Part shown: in pieces, positions 18,823 to 28,139 of the stretch
Position numbering within the stretch: position 1 is the stretch's first letter
Layout: each line of letters begins with the position of its first letter
Origin: a virus
Direction: 5' to 3' (one strand)
DNA: 64,000 nt
Virus record (IMG/VR): IMGVR_UViG_3300032287_001394
Made by a program: the position numbers and the translations under genes
Notes under the pieces: generated by a model
What the model was told of the DNA's origin: nothing
The model's database searches: none
What the model saw: only the letters and a program-made list of their open reading frames with translations

Positions 18823-19535
18823 ACTATACGCAATATATCACCGAATTAAAACTTCAATTACAGTATCATTCTGAATTGAATCCCAAACTATGGGATGATT
18901 TCCAATTAAAATCTCAAGTAAGAGACAAACTACTTCAGTTTGCAGAAGTGTGGAGAGAATTTGCTAAAATACCTAAAAACGCTGTCAAAGAAGTTATCCT
19001 TCTCGGGGGAAACGCTAATTACAATTATACTGATATGTCTGACCTTGACGTACATTTGGTCGTTGACAAGTCTTTAATCGCTAAAGATAATCCATTATTA
19101 GATGACTACCTACAAGACAAGAAACAAATGTGGACTATGGCCCACAAGATTACTATCCTTGGTTATGGATTAGAACCATACGCACAAGATGAGTCTGTAC
19201 AATACCCAAAGAATCAAGGCGTGTATTCATTAACAAACGATGAATGGATATGTAAACCAGTATTCATTGGCGATGAGATGATTAAGGACCCATACCTTAA
19301 GAAAAAGGTTAAGTTCTATATGCATATGATAGATGACATGATTAAAAACCATGTAGACCTTGACTCAGTAAAACACTTCAAAGAAAAACTTAGAGACATG
19401 AGAGGTGCTGCCATTAAACGCGGTGGAGAATTTTCCTTTGAAAACCTAGTCTTTAAAGAACTACGCAACCAAGGATACTTAGATAAACTATCCGCCTATC
19501 AAAGAACTAATCAAGATCAAGAATTGAGTTTATAA
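18819..19535 (+). CDS. Pol-beta-superfamily nucleotidyltransferase
   Basis: LLGGNANYNY...SDLDVH (hG[GS]...DxD); N-terminus MNYTQYITE. Confidence 0.75.
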   Translation: MNYTQYITELKLQLQYHSELNPKLWDDFQLKSQVRDKLLQFAEVWREFAKIPKNAVKEVILLGGNANYNYTDMSDLDVHLVVDKSLIAKDNPLLDDYLQDKKQMWTMAHKITILGYGLEPYAQDESVQYPKNQGVYSLTNDEWICKPVFIGDEMIKDPYLKKKVKFYMHMIDDMIKNHVDLDSVKHFKEKLRDMRGAAIKRGGEFSFENLVFKELRNQGYLDKLSAYQRTNQDQELSL

Positions 19536-19903
19536 TGCAAAATGAATTTTGGGGTTATCATTTAATATTAGATTGTCACGCGTGTGATGTACCTAGTATT
19601 CAAAGTAAAGAAAATGTTTATAATTGGATTAAAAAACTAGTTAAAGATATTGACATGGAACCAATCGGTGAACCTCGTATTGAATATACTGCAGCAGAGT
19701 TTCCAGATAAAGCTGGATTTACAGCGGTACAGATCATAGTAACATCAAGTATAGTTGCACACTTTATTGATTCTACAGGCGATGTTTATATAGATGTATT
19801 CTCATGTAAGCCATTTGATAATGACACTGTCATCAAATCTATAGAAGAAGCTTTCCAACCTAAAAAGATCCGCCCTAACTATTTAACCCGTCAAGCTGGC
19901 TAA
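19535..19903 (+). CDS. speD: S-adenosylmethionine decarboxylase-family proenzyme
   Basis: GYHLILDC...GFTAVQIIVTSSIVAHF...YIDVFSCKPF. Confidence 0.85.
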   Translation: MQNEFWGYHLILDCHACDVPSIQSKENVYNWIKKLVKDIDMEPIGEPRIEYTAAEFPDKAGFTAVQIIVTSSIVAHFIDSTGDVYIDVFSCKPFDNDTVIKSIEEAFQPKKIRPNYLTRQAG

Positions 19904-19907
19904 TAAT

Positions 19908-19936
19908 TGTACTTTAATTAGCGCTTGAGGTATAAT
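19908..19936 (+). promoter_or_regulatory. Sigma70-type promoter
   Basis: TGTACT-17 nt-TATAAT, ATG 5 nt later. Confidence 0.8.
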
Positions 19937-19941
19937 ACATT

Positions 19942-20175
19942 ATGAAGTATTTTGATATCAAGTGGATCTCCACTGCCCTTTTTATATTCTGCGGAACATT
20001 AGTAGCTTTGAAGCTACCATATATGCAATATGCCTTTCCAGGCTTTATCATAGCCCATGGTATATTGGCACACCACTTCTATAGAGTACATCCAAATAAA
20101 CCATTATTGATTCAAAACATCTATTTCTTTTTCTTAAACACTGCAGCCAGTTACATTTGGCTATTCAAAGGATAA
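19942..20175 (+). CDS. Small membrane protein
   Basis: 77 aa, about three hydrophobic segments. Confidence 0.7.
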   Translation: MKYFDIKWISTALFIFCGTLVALKLPYMQYAFPGFIIAHGILAHHFYRVHPNKPLLIQNIYFFFLNTAASYIWLFKG

Positions 20176-20177
20176 TC

Positions 20178-20444
20178 ATGACATTTAAACCATTAGGCAA
20201 AAAAGTATTAGTAGCAGAAAACAAGCGCGAGAGTCAAACAGCTTCAGGTATTATACTTGAAGGGACCCAGGGCCTAGGAGAGTCAAAGACAGGTACAGTA
20301 ATGGCAATCGGCCCAGAGGTGACCCAAGTGCAGGTGGGAGACAAGATCCTATTGGAATGGAATAAAGCGGCAGTAACTACTGTAGATGGTGCGCAACGTG
20401 TAATCATCTTAGAAGAAAACATCGTAGCAGTATTAGATAATTAA
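20178..20444 (+). CDS. groES: GroES-like co-chaperonin
   Basis: FKPLGKKVLV...TASGIIL...GTVMAIG...VQVGDKIL...EENIVAVL; start re-set to ATG 20178. Confidence 0.9.
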   Translation: MTFKPLGKKVLVAENKRESQTASGIILEGTQGLGESKTGTVMAIGPEVTQVQVGDKILLEWNKAAVTTVDGAQRVIILEENIVAVLDN

Positions 20445-20473
20445 TGTACTTTAATTGAGTTGTATTATATAAT
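20445..20473 (+). promoter_or_regulatory. Sigma70-type promoter
   Basis: TGTACT-17 nt-TATAAT, ATG 6 nt later. Confidence 0.8.
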
Positions 20474-20479
20474 GGGTCT

Positions 20480-21487
20480 ATGTTATACATTGATGCAAAA
20501 TACGTAGGTCAAATCTCCTACAAACTCCGCAACTTTAAAAAGAAGAATGACTACTATTGGAACTTTAGTTGTCCGATATGTGGTGACTCCAAGAAGAACG
20601 AACTCAAGGCTCGAGGCTTTGTCTATAAGAACCAAGACAGACTAGTCTATAAGTGTCATAACTGTGGTGTATCCACATCTATCGGCGGGTTATTAAAGCA
20701 ACTTGATCCGTTAGTCTATAATGAATATGTGTTAGAACGCTATAAAGAAAATACTTCTAAACACATGCCTCATGCTAATGTCAAAGAAGTGGTACCAGAG
20801 ATTGCACCTGAAATAAGCACTGATCTTATCAAAGCTGGTGCACAGTCTATACAATCTAATCAAGAAGCATTACAATACGTGATGTCTCGTAAGATCCCAG
20901 CTGAACGCTGGAAAGATCTATATTATGTGCCTAAGTTTAAAGAGTTTGTTAATAACCTTAAGTATACATTTCCCGATACAACATACGATGCACCAAGATT
21001 AATCATCCCATTCTTTGATGAAGACGGTAAGTGTATAGCGTTTCAAGGCAGAGCATTCGGCAAAGAGATGCCTAAGTATGTGACCATCAAGCTTAATGAG
21101 AAGAAAGAAAAGATCTATGGTCTCGATCGTATGGATCATAACAAACGAATCTATGTGACAGAAGGTCCTATCGATTCTATGTTTATCCCTAATGCTATCG
21201 CTGTCGCTGGTGCAGGGTTCGATACTAAGTTCATCGATGCTATCAAAGATAATGCTACATTGATAATGGATAACGAACCAAGGTCTAAAGAGATTACCAA
21301 GTTTATTGAAAAGCTTATAGATAATAATTACACAGTATGTCTATGGCCAGATACCATACAAGAGAAAGATATCAATGAGATGGTGTTAGCAGGAAAACCT
21401 ATAGAGTCAATCATGGATACTATAAATACAAATACCTTCCAAGGCATGGAAGCTAAATTGCAATTTACTCAATGGAGAAAGTGTTGA
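20480..21487 (+). CDS. 61: DNA primase gp61
   Basis: CPICGDS...CHNC zinc finger; EGPIDS and DNEPR TOPRIM motifs. Confidence 0.95.
   Translation: MLYIDAKYVGQISYKLRNFKKKNDYYWNFSCPICGDSKKNELKARGFVYKNQDRLVYKCHNCGVSTSIGGLLKQLDPLVYNEYVLERYKENTSKHMPHANVKEVVPEIAPEISTDLIKAGAQSIQSNQEALQYVMSRKIPAERWKDLYYVPKFKEFVNNLKYTFPDTTYDAPRLIIPFFDEDGKCIAFQGRAFGKEMPKYVTIKLNEKKEKIYGLDRMDHNKRIYVTEGPIDSMFIPNAIAVAGAGFDTKFIDAIKDNATLIMDNEPRSKEITKFIEKLIDNNYTVCLWPDTIQEKDINEMVLAGKPIESIMDTINTNTFQGMEAKLQFTQWRKC
21421..21428 (+). promoter_or_regulatory. Possible late promoter for galE
   Basis: TATAAATA inside the 3' end of primase. Confidence 0.5.
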
Positions 21488-22353
21488 AAGTATTAATCAC
21501 AGGAGTTACTGGTTATATTGGCTCTCACCTAGCAAAGGTGTTATATGAAGCAGGTCACCACATCGTAGGTCTAGATTTAGAATGGAAGAAGCATAATGAT
21601 GTAAGTAGATACTGTCATCGCATCCTTATCAAAGACGTTACAAAGCACATATGTGATGAAGACTACGATGTCATCGTCCATCTTGCTGGATTAATTCAAG
21701 TAGAAGAAAGCGTTGCGCACCCAACAAAGTATTACTCAACAAATCTTGGTGGTACTGTTAACATGTTAAGGCAGAACATTAATGGTGAACCACACTTTAT
21801 ATTTGCATCTACCGCTGGTGCATTCGATGCACAGTCACCGTATGCAAGGTCTAAGCTAGCAGCAGAAGACGTTATCAAAGAAAAATCAAAGAACTATACT
21901 ATATTTAGATTCTTTAACGTAGCAGGTTCTGATGGTATGCATAGACAAGTTGGTAGAGCATCACACTTAATTCGCATCGCTGCTGAAGCTGCAGCTGGTA
22001 AACGAGACTATATGTCAATTTATGGAGAAGACTATGATACACCAGATGGTAGTTGTGTTAGGGATTATATCCACGTTGTGGATCTTGTTAACGCTATTCG
22101 TGATACGATTAAGCATGGTGCCTTTAACACGCCATATGAATGTATTGGTTCGGGCCAAGGATACTCGGTCAAAGAAGTAGTTAAGGCCATGAAAGACGTT
22201 ACAAATCAAGACTTTACTGTAAAGATGGCCGGTCGTAGAGATGGAGATCCGGCTTCTTTAGCAATTGATAATCAATTCAATCTGTTGCATCCACAATATC
22301 AACTAAAAGATATGTGTCTGTCGGCATATAATATTGAGAACAGAAAGGTATAA
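21472..22353 (+). CDS. galE: UDP-glucose 4-epimerase
   Basis: GVTGYIG Rossmann motif, YARSK, RFFNVAG, DGSCVRDYIHVVDL; exact start uncertain. Confidence 0.9.
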   Translation: MEKVLKVLITGVTGYIGSHLAKVLYEAGHHIVGLDLEWKKHNDVSRYCHRILIKDVTKHICDEDYDVIVHLAGLIQVEESVAHPTKYYSTNLGGTVNMLRQNINGEPHFIFASTAGAFDAQSPYARSKLAAEDVIKEKSKNYTIFRFFNVAGSDGMHRQVGRASHLIRIAAEAAAGKRDYMSIYGEDYDTPDGSCVRDYIHVVDLVNAIRDTIKHGAFNTPYECIGSGQGYSVKEVVKAMKDVTNQDFTVKMAGRRDGDPASLAIDNQFNLLHPQYQLKDMCLSAYNIENRKV

Positions 22354-22355
22354 AT

Positions 22356-22772
22356 ATGAAAATAGGTTTCACTGCTTCTACCTTTGATTTATTACATGCT
22401 GGTCATATAAGTATGTTAAGGGAAGCAAAAGAGAATTGTGAATACCTGATATGTGGTCTTCAGATCGACCCTTCTGTTGATAGACCAACTAAGAACTCAC
22501 CTATCCAAACAATAGTAGAGAGACAAGTACAGCTATCAGCAGTTAAATATGTTGATGAGATCATAGTATATAGGACTGAGCAAGATCTAGAGGATATACT
22601 TGAGATGTATCATATAGATATAAGAATACTTGGTGATGAATACAGAGATAAAGATTTTACAGGTAAGGACATCTGCAAGAAACGTGGTATCCAACTCTAC
22701 TTCAATAAGAGAGACCATCGCTTCTCATCATCTGAGTTAAGAAAACAAGTAATAGATAAATCTAAAATTTAA
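22356..22772 (+). CDS. tagD: Glycerol-3-phosphate cytidylyltransferase-like protein
   Basis: FDLLHAGH, RFSSSELR. Confidence 0.85.
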   Translation: MKIGFTASTFDLLHAGHISMLREAKENCEYLICGLQIDPSVDRPTKNSPIQTIVERQVQLSAVKYVDEIIVYRTEQDLEDILEMYHIDIRILGDEYRDKDFTGKDICKKRGIQLYFNKRDHRFSSSELRKQVIDKSKI

Positions 22773-22783
22773 TTGGAGTAATA

Positions 22784-24568
22784 ATGACTGACGAAGTCCA
22801 CGGTATTAAGGTAGACTATTTACGCGACTCATTGTTCGATGAGTTAGGAATGATTAGGTTAAAAGAGTCATACATGGCAGACGGTGAAGTAAGTCCTCAA
22901 GAAAGATTTGCATTCGTATCAAGCAAATTCGCAACAGACAAATTTCATGCACAAAGATTGTACGAGTATAGCAGTAAGCATTGGTTGTCATATGCTACGC
23001 CTATCCTTTCATTTGGCAGATCCAAGCGAGGATTACCTATATCATGTTTTTTAAACTTTATTGAAGATACGGCCGAAGGCCTAGTGGAGAATTTGAGTGA
23101 GACTAATTGGTTATCTATGCTTGGGGGTGGTGTTGGTATTGGCTTTGGAATCAGGTCTGCTGATGATAAGTCTACTGGCGTTATGCCTCATCTTAAAATG
23201 TATGATGCTAGCTCTCTTGCTTATCGTCAAGGCCGTACTCGTCGCGGTAGTTATGCTGCTTACTTGGATATTTCACACCCTGACATTCTAATGTTCCTTG
23301 AGATGCGTAAGCCTACAGGTGACCAAAACATGCGTTGCTTGAACTTACATCATGGTGTAAACATTCCTGATGCATTCATGGAGATCATTGAGAACTGTAT
23401 GAAAGATCCTGAAGCTAATGATGATTGGGAATTAAGAGATCCACATTCAGGTGAATTAAGAGAAACTGTATCTGCAAAAGAACTATGGCAAAAGCTATTA
23501 GAACTACGCATGACTACAGGAGAACCATATCTGCACTTCATTGATGAGTCTAATAGAAAGATGCCTCAATGGTTAAAAGACAAAGGTTTGAAGATACATC
23601 AATCTAACCTATGTTCAGAGATTATTCTACCTACTAATGAGAAGAGGACGGCTGTATGTTGTCTATCTAGTTTAAACTTGGAGTATTATGATGATTGGAA
23701 AAATGATAAACTTTTTCTTAAAGACGTTGCAGAAATGTTGGATAATGTGTTACAATATTTTATTGACACTGCTCCTTCTAGTATTAAGCGTGCTCGTTAT
23801 TCTGCTACTCGTGAGCGGAGCATTGGGATTGGTGCTCTTGGCTGGCATGCTTTGCTTCAGCGAAAAAATACTCCCTGGGAGAGTGCAATGGCAACCGGAC
23901 TTAATAAACAAATCTTCGCGCATATTAGATCAAGCCTTGATAAAGCAAATCAACAGTTGGGTAAAGAACGAGGAGAAGCTCCAGATGCCGAAGGTACTGG
24001 AAACCGTTTTTCTCATCTTATGGCTATTGCTCCCAATGCTAGCTCTTCTATTCTTATGGGAAATACATCTCCATCTATTGAGCCATTCAGAGCTAATGCC
24101 TACCGCCAAGATACTCTATCAGGATCTCACTTACACAAGAACCAGTATTTAGATAAAATTATTAAGGAAAAAGCTAATGATAAATATGATGAGATTTGGT
24201 CTTCGATTATTGCAAATGATGGTTCAGTTCAACATCTGGATATACTTGACGATTGGACCAAAGATGTGTTCAAGACTTCTATGGAGATTGACCAACGATG
24301 GGTGGTACAACACGCAGCAGATCGTCAAGAGTACATCGACCAAGCACAAAGCTTAAATGTATTCTTTAGACCTGATAGCAATATCAAGTATGTTCATGCA
24401 GTACATTTCCAAGCATGGAAACAAAAACTAAAAACAATGTATTATTGCAGATCTGACAAGATCGCTAAGGCCGACAAAGTATCTAAACGTATTGAACGTG
24501 AAGTCATCGCTGAGATTGATTTAAAAGCAATGACCGAAGGTGAAACATGTTTAGCTTGCGAAGGTTAA
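22784..24568 (+). CDS. nrdA: Ribonucleotide reductase class Ia, alpha subunit
   Basis: ISCF, SNLCSEI, APNASSS, KTMYYCRS, C-terminal CLACEG; short form with no obvious ATP cone. Confidence 0.95.
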   Translation: MTDEVHGIKVDYLRDSLFDELGMIRLKESYMADGEVSPQERFAFVSSKFATDKFHAQRLYEYSSKHWLSYATPILSFGRSKRGLPISCFLNFIEDTAEGLVENLSETNWLSMLGGGVGIGFGIRSADDKSTGVMPHLKMYDASSLAYRQGRTRRGSYAAYLDISHPDILMFLEMRKPTGDQNMRCLNLHHGVNIPDAFMEIIENCMKDPEANDDWELRDPHSGELRETVSAKELWQKLLELRMTTGEPYLHFIDESNRKMPQWLKDKGLKIHQSNLCSEIILPTNEKRTAVCCLSSLNLEYYDDWKNDKLFLKDVAEMLDNVLQYFIDTAPSSIKRARYSATRERSIGIGALGWHALLQRKNTPWESAMATGLNKQIFAHIRSSLDKANQQLGKERGEAPDAEGTGNRFSHLMAIAPNASSSILMGNTSPSIEPFRANAYRQDTLSGSHLHKNQYLDKIIKEKANDKYDEIWSSIIANDGSVQHLDILDDWTKDVFKTSMEIDQRWVVQHAADRQEYIDQAQSLNVFFRPDSNIKYVHAVHFQAWKQKLKTMYYCRSDKIAKADKVSKRIEREVIAEIDLKAMTEGETCLACEG

Positions 24569-24582
24569 TTAAAAGGGGAAAT

Positions 24583-25329
24583 ATGAAGAAGTTATTAGTA
24601 CTAGCATTATTAGCATTTGCGTCAGTAGTATCAGCAAATGATATCGATACAAAGTGTAAGCAGCATGTAATCTATGGTGCACCAGTTAAAGTTGAAGGTA
24701 ATAACCAATACCTATGTCGTACAGCTTATGCAGTGAATTATAATTATAGTACAAAAGTTGCATTCTATGCAGTAGAACATATTACTGTACAAAACCTTAC
24801 TAAAACTGCTGCACGTAAAGATGACTTTAGAGAAGATCCAGAAGTACCTGTGCAACACAGAGCAACATTAGCAGACTATACCGGTATGGGTTTTGATCGT
24901 GGTCATGTTGCTCCTGCTGCGGATATGACGTTTGATGCTAAAGCAATGTCTGAATCATTCTATTTAACTAATATGATGCCTCAAGTTCCTGGTAATAATC
25001 GTGGAATTTGGAAATACCTTGAAGAAAATGTTAGGTATTGGGTACAAGTTAAAGGTGAAGTGTATGTGATTACTGGTACTTTATTTGAAGGTCAACCAAA
25101 GATGATGAATAAGGTAGCTATCCCATCTCATGTATATAAGATAGCGATTGATCCTAAATCTGGTAAACAAATCGCGTATCTATTCCCTAATGAAAAACTA
25201 GATCCTAAGTTAATTGATAACTATGCAGTATCTGTTGCATCTATAGAACAAAAGACAGGTATTAACTTTTCGCCGCTACTATCAAACAACACTGCAGAAA
25301 AAGCAGTATTAAAACTGAAAGACTTCTAA
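24583..25329 (+). CDS. Exported DNA/RNA non-specific endonuclease (NucA/EndoG family)
   Basis: Signal peptide MKKLLVLALLAFASVVSA; DRGH catalytic motif; FYLTNMMPQ...NRGIW; RBS AGGGG. Confidence 0.9.
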   Translation: MKKLLVLALLAFASVVSANDIDTKCKQHVIYGAPVKVEGNNQYLCRTAYAVNYNYSTKVAFYAVEHITVQNLTKTAARKDDFREDPEVPVQHRATLADYTGMGFDRGHVAPAADMTFDAKAMSESFYLTNMMPQVPGNNRGIWKYLEENVRYWVQVKGEVYVITGTLFEGQPKMMNKVAIPSHVYKIAIDPKSGKQIAYLFPNEKLDPKLIDNYAVSVASIEQKTGINFSPLLSNNTAEKAVLKLKDF

Positions 25330-25330
25330 G

Positions 25331-26311
25331 ATGGCAAGTAAACTAACTGACACAAGAGAATATTTTAAACCATTCAATTATGCATGGGCTTATGATGCAT
25401 GGCTAAAACATGAACAAGCACATTGGCTTCATACAGAAGTTCCTATGGCAGAAGATGTAAAAGATTGGAAGAAGAAATTAACTAAGGAAGAAAAACTATT
25501 CCTTACTAATATCTTTAGGTTCTTTACACAAGGCGACATAGACGTGGCCGGTGGATATGTTAAGAACTATCTACCATATTTCCCACAACCCGAAATACGA
25601 ATGATGTTGATGGGTTTTGCAGCGCGCGAAGCATTACATATTGCAGCTTACTCTCATCTTATTGAAACATTAGGTATGCCTGAATCAACTTATAACGAAT
25701 TCTTGGAATACCAAGAGATGAGGGATAAACATGATTATGTCACCGAGCTTAGTTCTAAAAACGGAGATCTTTCTAGTACTGCTACTCATATTGCTGTGTT
25801 TTCAGCATTTACCGAGGGGATGCAGTTATTCAGTTCTTTTATTATGTTGCTTAATTTTCCTCGTCATGGCTTGATGAAGGGTATGGGTCAGATCGTTACA
25901 TGGTCAATCGTAGACGAAACCATGCATGCTGAGAACATGATTAAATTATTTAAGACGTTCATCAAAGAGAACAATGAAATCTGGAATGATGACTTAAAAG
26001 GTCGCATATATACTATAGCAGAAAAGATGGTGCAACTTGAAGATAAGTTTATTGACTTATGTTATCAAGGTGCTAATATGAGAGCGTTAGAGCCAGAAGA
26101 TGTTAAACAATATATTCGCTACATCGCTGATAGACGACTCATCTCATTAGGATTAAAAGGTATTTTTAAAGTTAAAAAGAACCCACTACCATGGGTGGAG
26201 GAGATGATTAATGCTCCTGTACATGGTAACTTCTTTGAGAACCGTGTGACCGACTATGCAAAAGGTGCACTCAAAGGTTCATGGGAAGACGTATGGGGAG
26301 GAGCCCAATAA
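25331..26311 (+). CDS. nrdB: Ribonucleotide reductase class Ia, beta subunit
   Basis: REALH and DETMH diiron motifs, EGMQLFSSF, NFFENRVTDY. Confidence 0.95.
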   Translation: MASKLTDTREYFKPFNYAWAYDAWLKHEQAHWLHTEVPMAEDVKDWKKKLTKEEKLFLTNIFRFFTQGDIDVAGGYVKNYLPYFPQPEIRMMLMGFAAREALHIAAYSHLIETLGMPESTYNEFLEYQEMRDKHDYVTELSSKNGDLSSTATHIAVFSAFTEGMQLFSSFIMLLNFPRHGLMKGMGQIVTWSIVDETMHAENMIKLFKTFIKENNEIWNDDLKGRIYTIAEKMVQLEDKFIDLCYQGANMRALEPEDVKQYIRYIADRRLISLGLKGIFKVKKNPLPWVEEMINAPVHGNFFENRVTDYAKGALKGSWEDVWGGAQ

Positions 26312-26454
26312 TGGCAACAAAATATTTTCACTGTGAGAACTGTGAATCAACAGGTAAGGTGACCGTTAAGACTAACGACGTCACTATAGAAGATATTGTG
26401 TTTTGTCCAGTATGTGGAGCAGATATCTTTGAAGAAGACGAAGACGAAGAATGA
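26311..26454 (+). CDS. 47-aa zinc-ribbon protein (not in ORF track)
   Basis: MATKYFHCENC...FCPVCGADIFEEDEDEE; overlaps both neighbours (TAATG, ATGA). Confidence 0.8.
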   Translation: MATKYFHCENCESTGKVTVKTNDVTIEDIVFCPVCGADIFEEDEDEE

Positions 26455-26882
26455 CATGGTATTATAAAGGTGAGCCAGTTGAAGAGATTGATGAGAAATA
26501 TACAGGATTTGTATATATCATTACTAATCTGGTTACTGACAAGAAGTATATCGGAAAAAAACTTTCAAAGTTCTCTAAAACGAATGTTCGAACTATTAAG
26601 CTTAAGAATGGGACAAAGAAGAAAAAGAAGATCAGAAGTAAGGTCGAGTCGGACTGGAAGACATATTGGTCTTCATCAAAAGAAGTTATTGATGATGTCA
26701 AAATATTGGGAGAGGATAAGTTTAAACGGGAAATCCTAATGTTTTGTTTATCTAAAGGGACAGCCTCATACTTTGAGGCTAAGTTCCAAATGCAGAATGA
26801 AGTGCTTGAACATCCTGATAAGTGGTATAATGGGATAGTTAATTGTCGTGTACATAGGAGTCATATAAAATATGAAGATTAG
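26451..26882 (+). CDS. GIY-YIG endonuclease
   Basis: GFVYIITN...YIGKK, later YFE and YN. Confidence 0.85.
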   Translation: MTWYYKGEPVEEIDEKYTGFVYIITNLVTDKKYIGKKLSKFSKTNVRTIKLKNGTKKKKKIRSKVESDWKTYWSSSKEVIDDVKILGEDKFKREILMFCLSKGTASYFEAKFQMQNEVLEHPDKWYNGIVNCRVHRSHIKYED

Positions 26883-27156
26883 ATTAGCGTTTTTAACAAT
26901 AACTTTAATAGCTGTAGTTGCTGCATATTTCGCTTATGCATCATATATCCAAACAAAGCATTATGAAAATATATTAGTTGAGTTTGATAAGCGATTAACA
27001 TATAATGCTAGTAGATTAGATAACATACAAGAAGAAGATCGTAAATTAAATGCTGACATAGATAGTCTTAATAATAAGATCAATGCACTTAATGAAAAAA
27101 TAAGAATTCAAGAAGCATTAATTAATGAAACAAGAGCTAGAACAAAAAGGAAGTAA
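26872..27156 (+). CDS. Membrane-anchored coiled-coil protein
   Basis: N-terminal TM followed by heptads. Confidence 0.65.
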   Translation: MKIRLAFLTITLIAVVAAYFAYASYIQTKHYENILVEFDKRLTYNASRLDNIQEEDRKLNADIDSLNNKINALNEKIRIQEALINETRARTKRK

Positions 27157-27158
27157 TT

Positions 27159-28139
27159 ATGAAAAGAGTATTGATCACTGGAGGTGCTGGATTCATAGCG
27201 CACCATGTAATAACATATATCTTAAACAAAACTGACTGGAACATAGTCACCTTAGATAGGTTAGATTTTTCAGGTAATTTAAACCGATTAGCTGAAGTAG
27301 TACCTAATGATGGCAGAGTAACAACTGTTTTTCATGATCTTAAAGCAGAATTAAATCCACAAATCATAAATGCAATTGGTGATATTGATATCATTTTACA
27401 TCTTGCAGCAGGTTCTCATGTAGACCGGTCTATTCAATTCCCAATGGAGTTTGTAATGGATAATGTTGTTGGTACATGTAATATTTTAAATTATGCAAGG
27501 TCATTGCCAAACTTAGAACGATTTATCTACTTTTCAACAGATGAAGTATTCGGTCCAGCTCCACAAGGTATTAACTATGGAGAATATGATCGATATAATT
27601 CATCTAACCCATACTCAGCTACCAAAGCTGGTGGAGAAGAACTCGCTGTAGCATTTGCTAATACATATGATTTACCATTATACATCACTCACACCATGAA
27701 TGTGTTTGGTGAAAGACAACATCCTGAAAAATATATTCCAGTTTGTATTAAACGCGTAAGAGATGGTGAAAAGATTACTATTCATTCAGATCCTACTAAA
27801 ACAATCCCAGGTAGTAGATATTATATTCATGCTTCTGAAGTAGCATCAGCATTATTATTCATACTTAACTTAAAAGATCAATCTAATGGATCTAAGTTTA
27901 ATGTAGTAGGTAAAGAAGAAATAAATAATCTACAGTTGGCTCAAATAATTGCTGATGTTCAAGGTAAACAACTCATCTATGAATTATCAGATTTCCATTC
28001 TGCTAGACCTGGGCACGACTTAAGGTATGCATTATCTGGAGAATATATGAGAAATCTTGGATGGGAACCACAAATATCACTAAAAGATCGAATATCTCAA
28101 GTTGTTTCTTGGACATTAGAAAACCATAGGTGGTTATGA
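27159..28139 (+). CDS. rfbB: dTDP-glucose 4,6-dehydratase
   Basis: GGAGFIA, SHVDRSI, STDEVFG, YSATK, RPGHDLRY. Confidence 0.9.
   Translation: MKRVLITGGAGFIAHHVITYILNKTDWNIVTLDRLDFSGNLNRLAEVVPNDGRVTTVFHDLKAELNPQIINAIGDIDIILHLAAGSHVDRSIQFPMEFVMDNVVGTCNILNYARSLPNLERFIYFSTDEVFGPAPQGINYGEYDRYNSSNPYSATKAGGEELAVAFANTYDLPLYITHTMNVFGERQHPEKYIPVCIKRVRDGEKITIHSDPTKTIPGSRYYIHASEVASALLFILNLKDQSNGSKFNVVGKEEINNLQLAQIIADVQGKQLIYELSDFHSARPGHDLRYALSGEYMRNLGWEPQISLKDRISQVVSWTLENHRWL

Noticed and set aside
22784-26311. Introns or inteins in nrdA/nrdB
   Set aside because: Both ORFs are continuous and of compact length; the intervening gene is free-standing
26451-26882. GIY-YIG gene as a mobile homing endonuclease
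   Set aside because: Catalytic domain only, no DNA-binding extension, tightly coupled to neighbours; cannot support mobility
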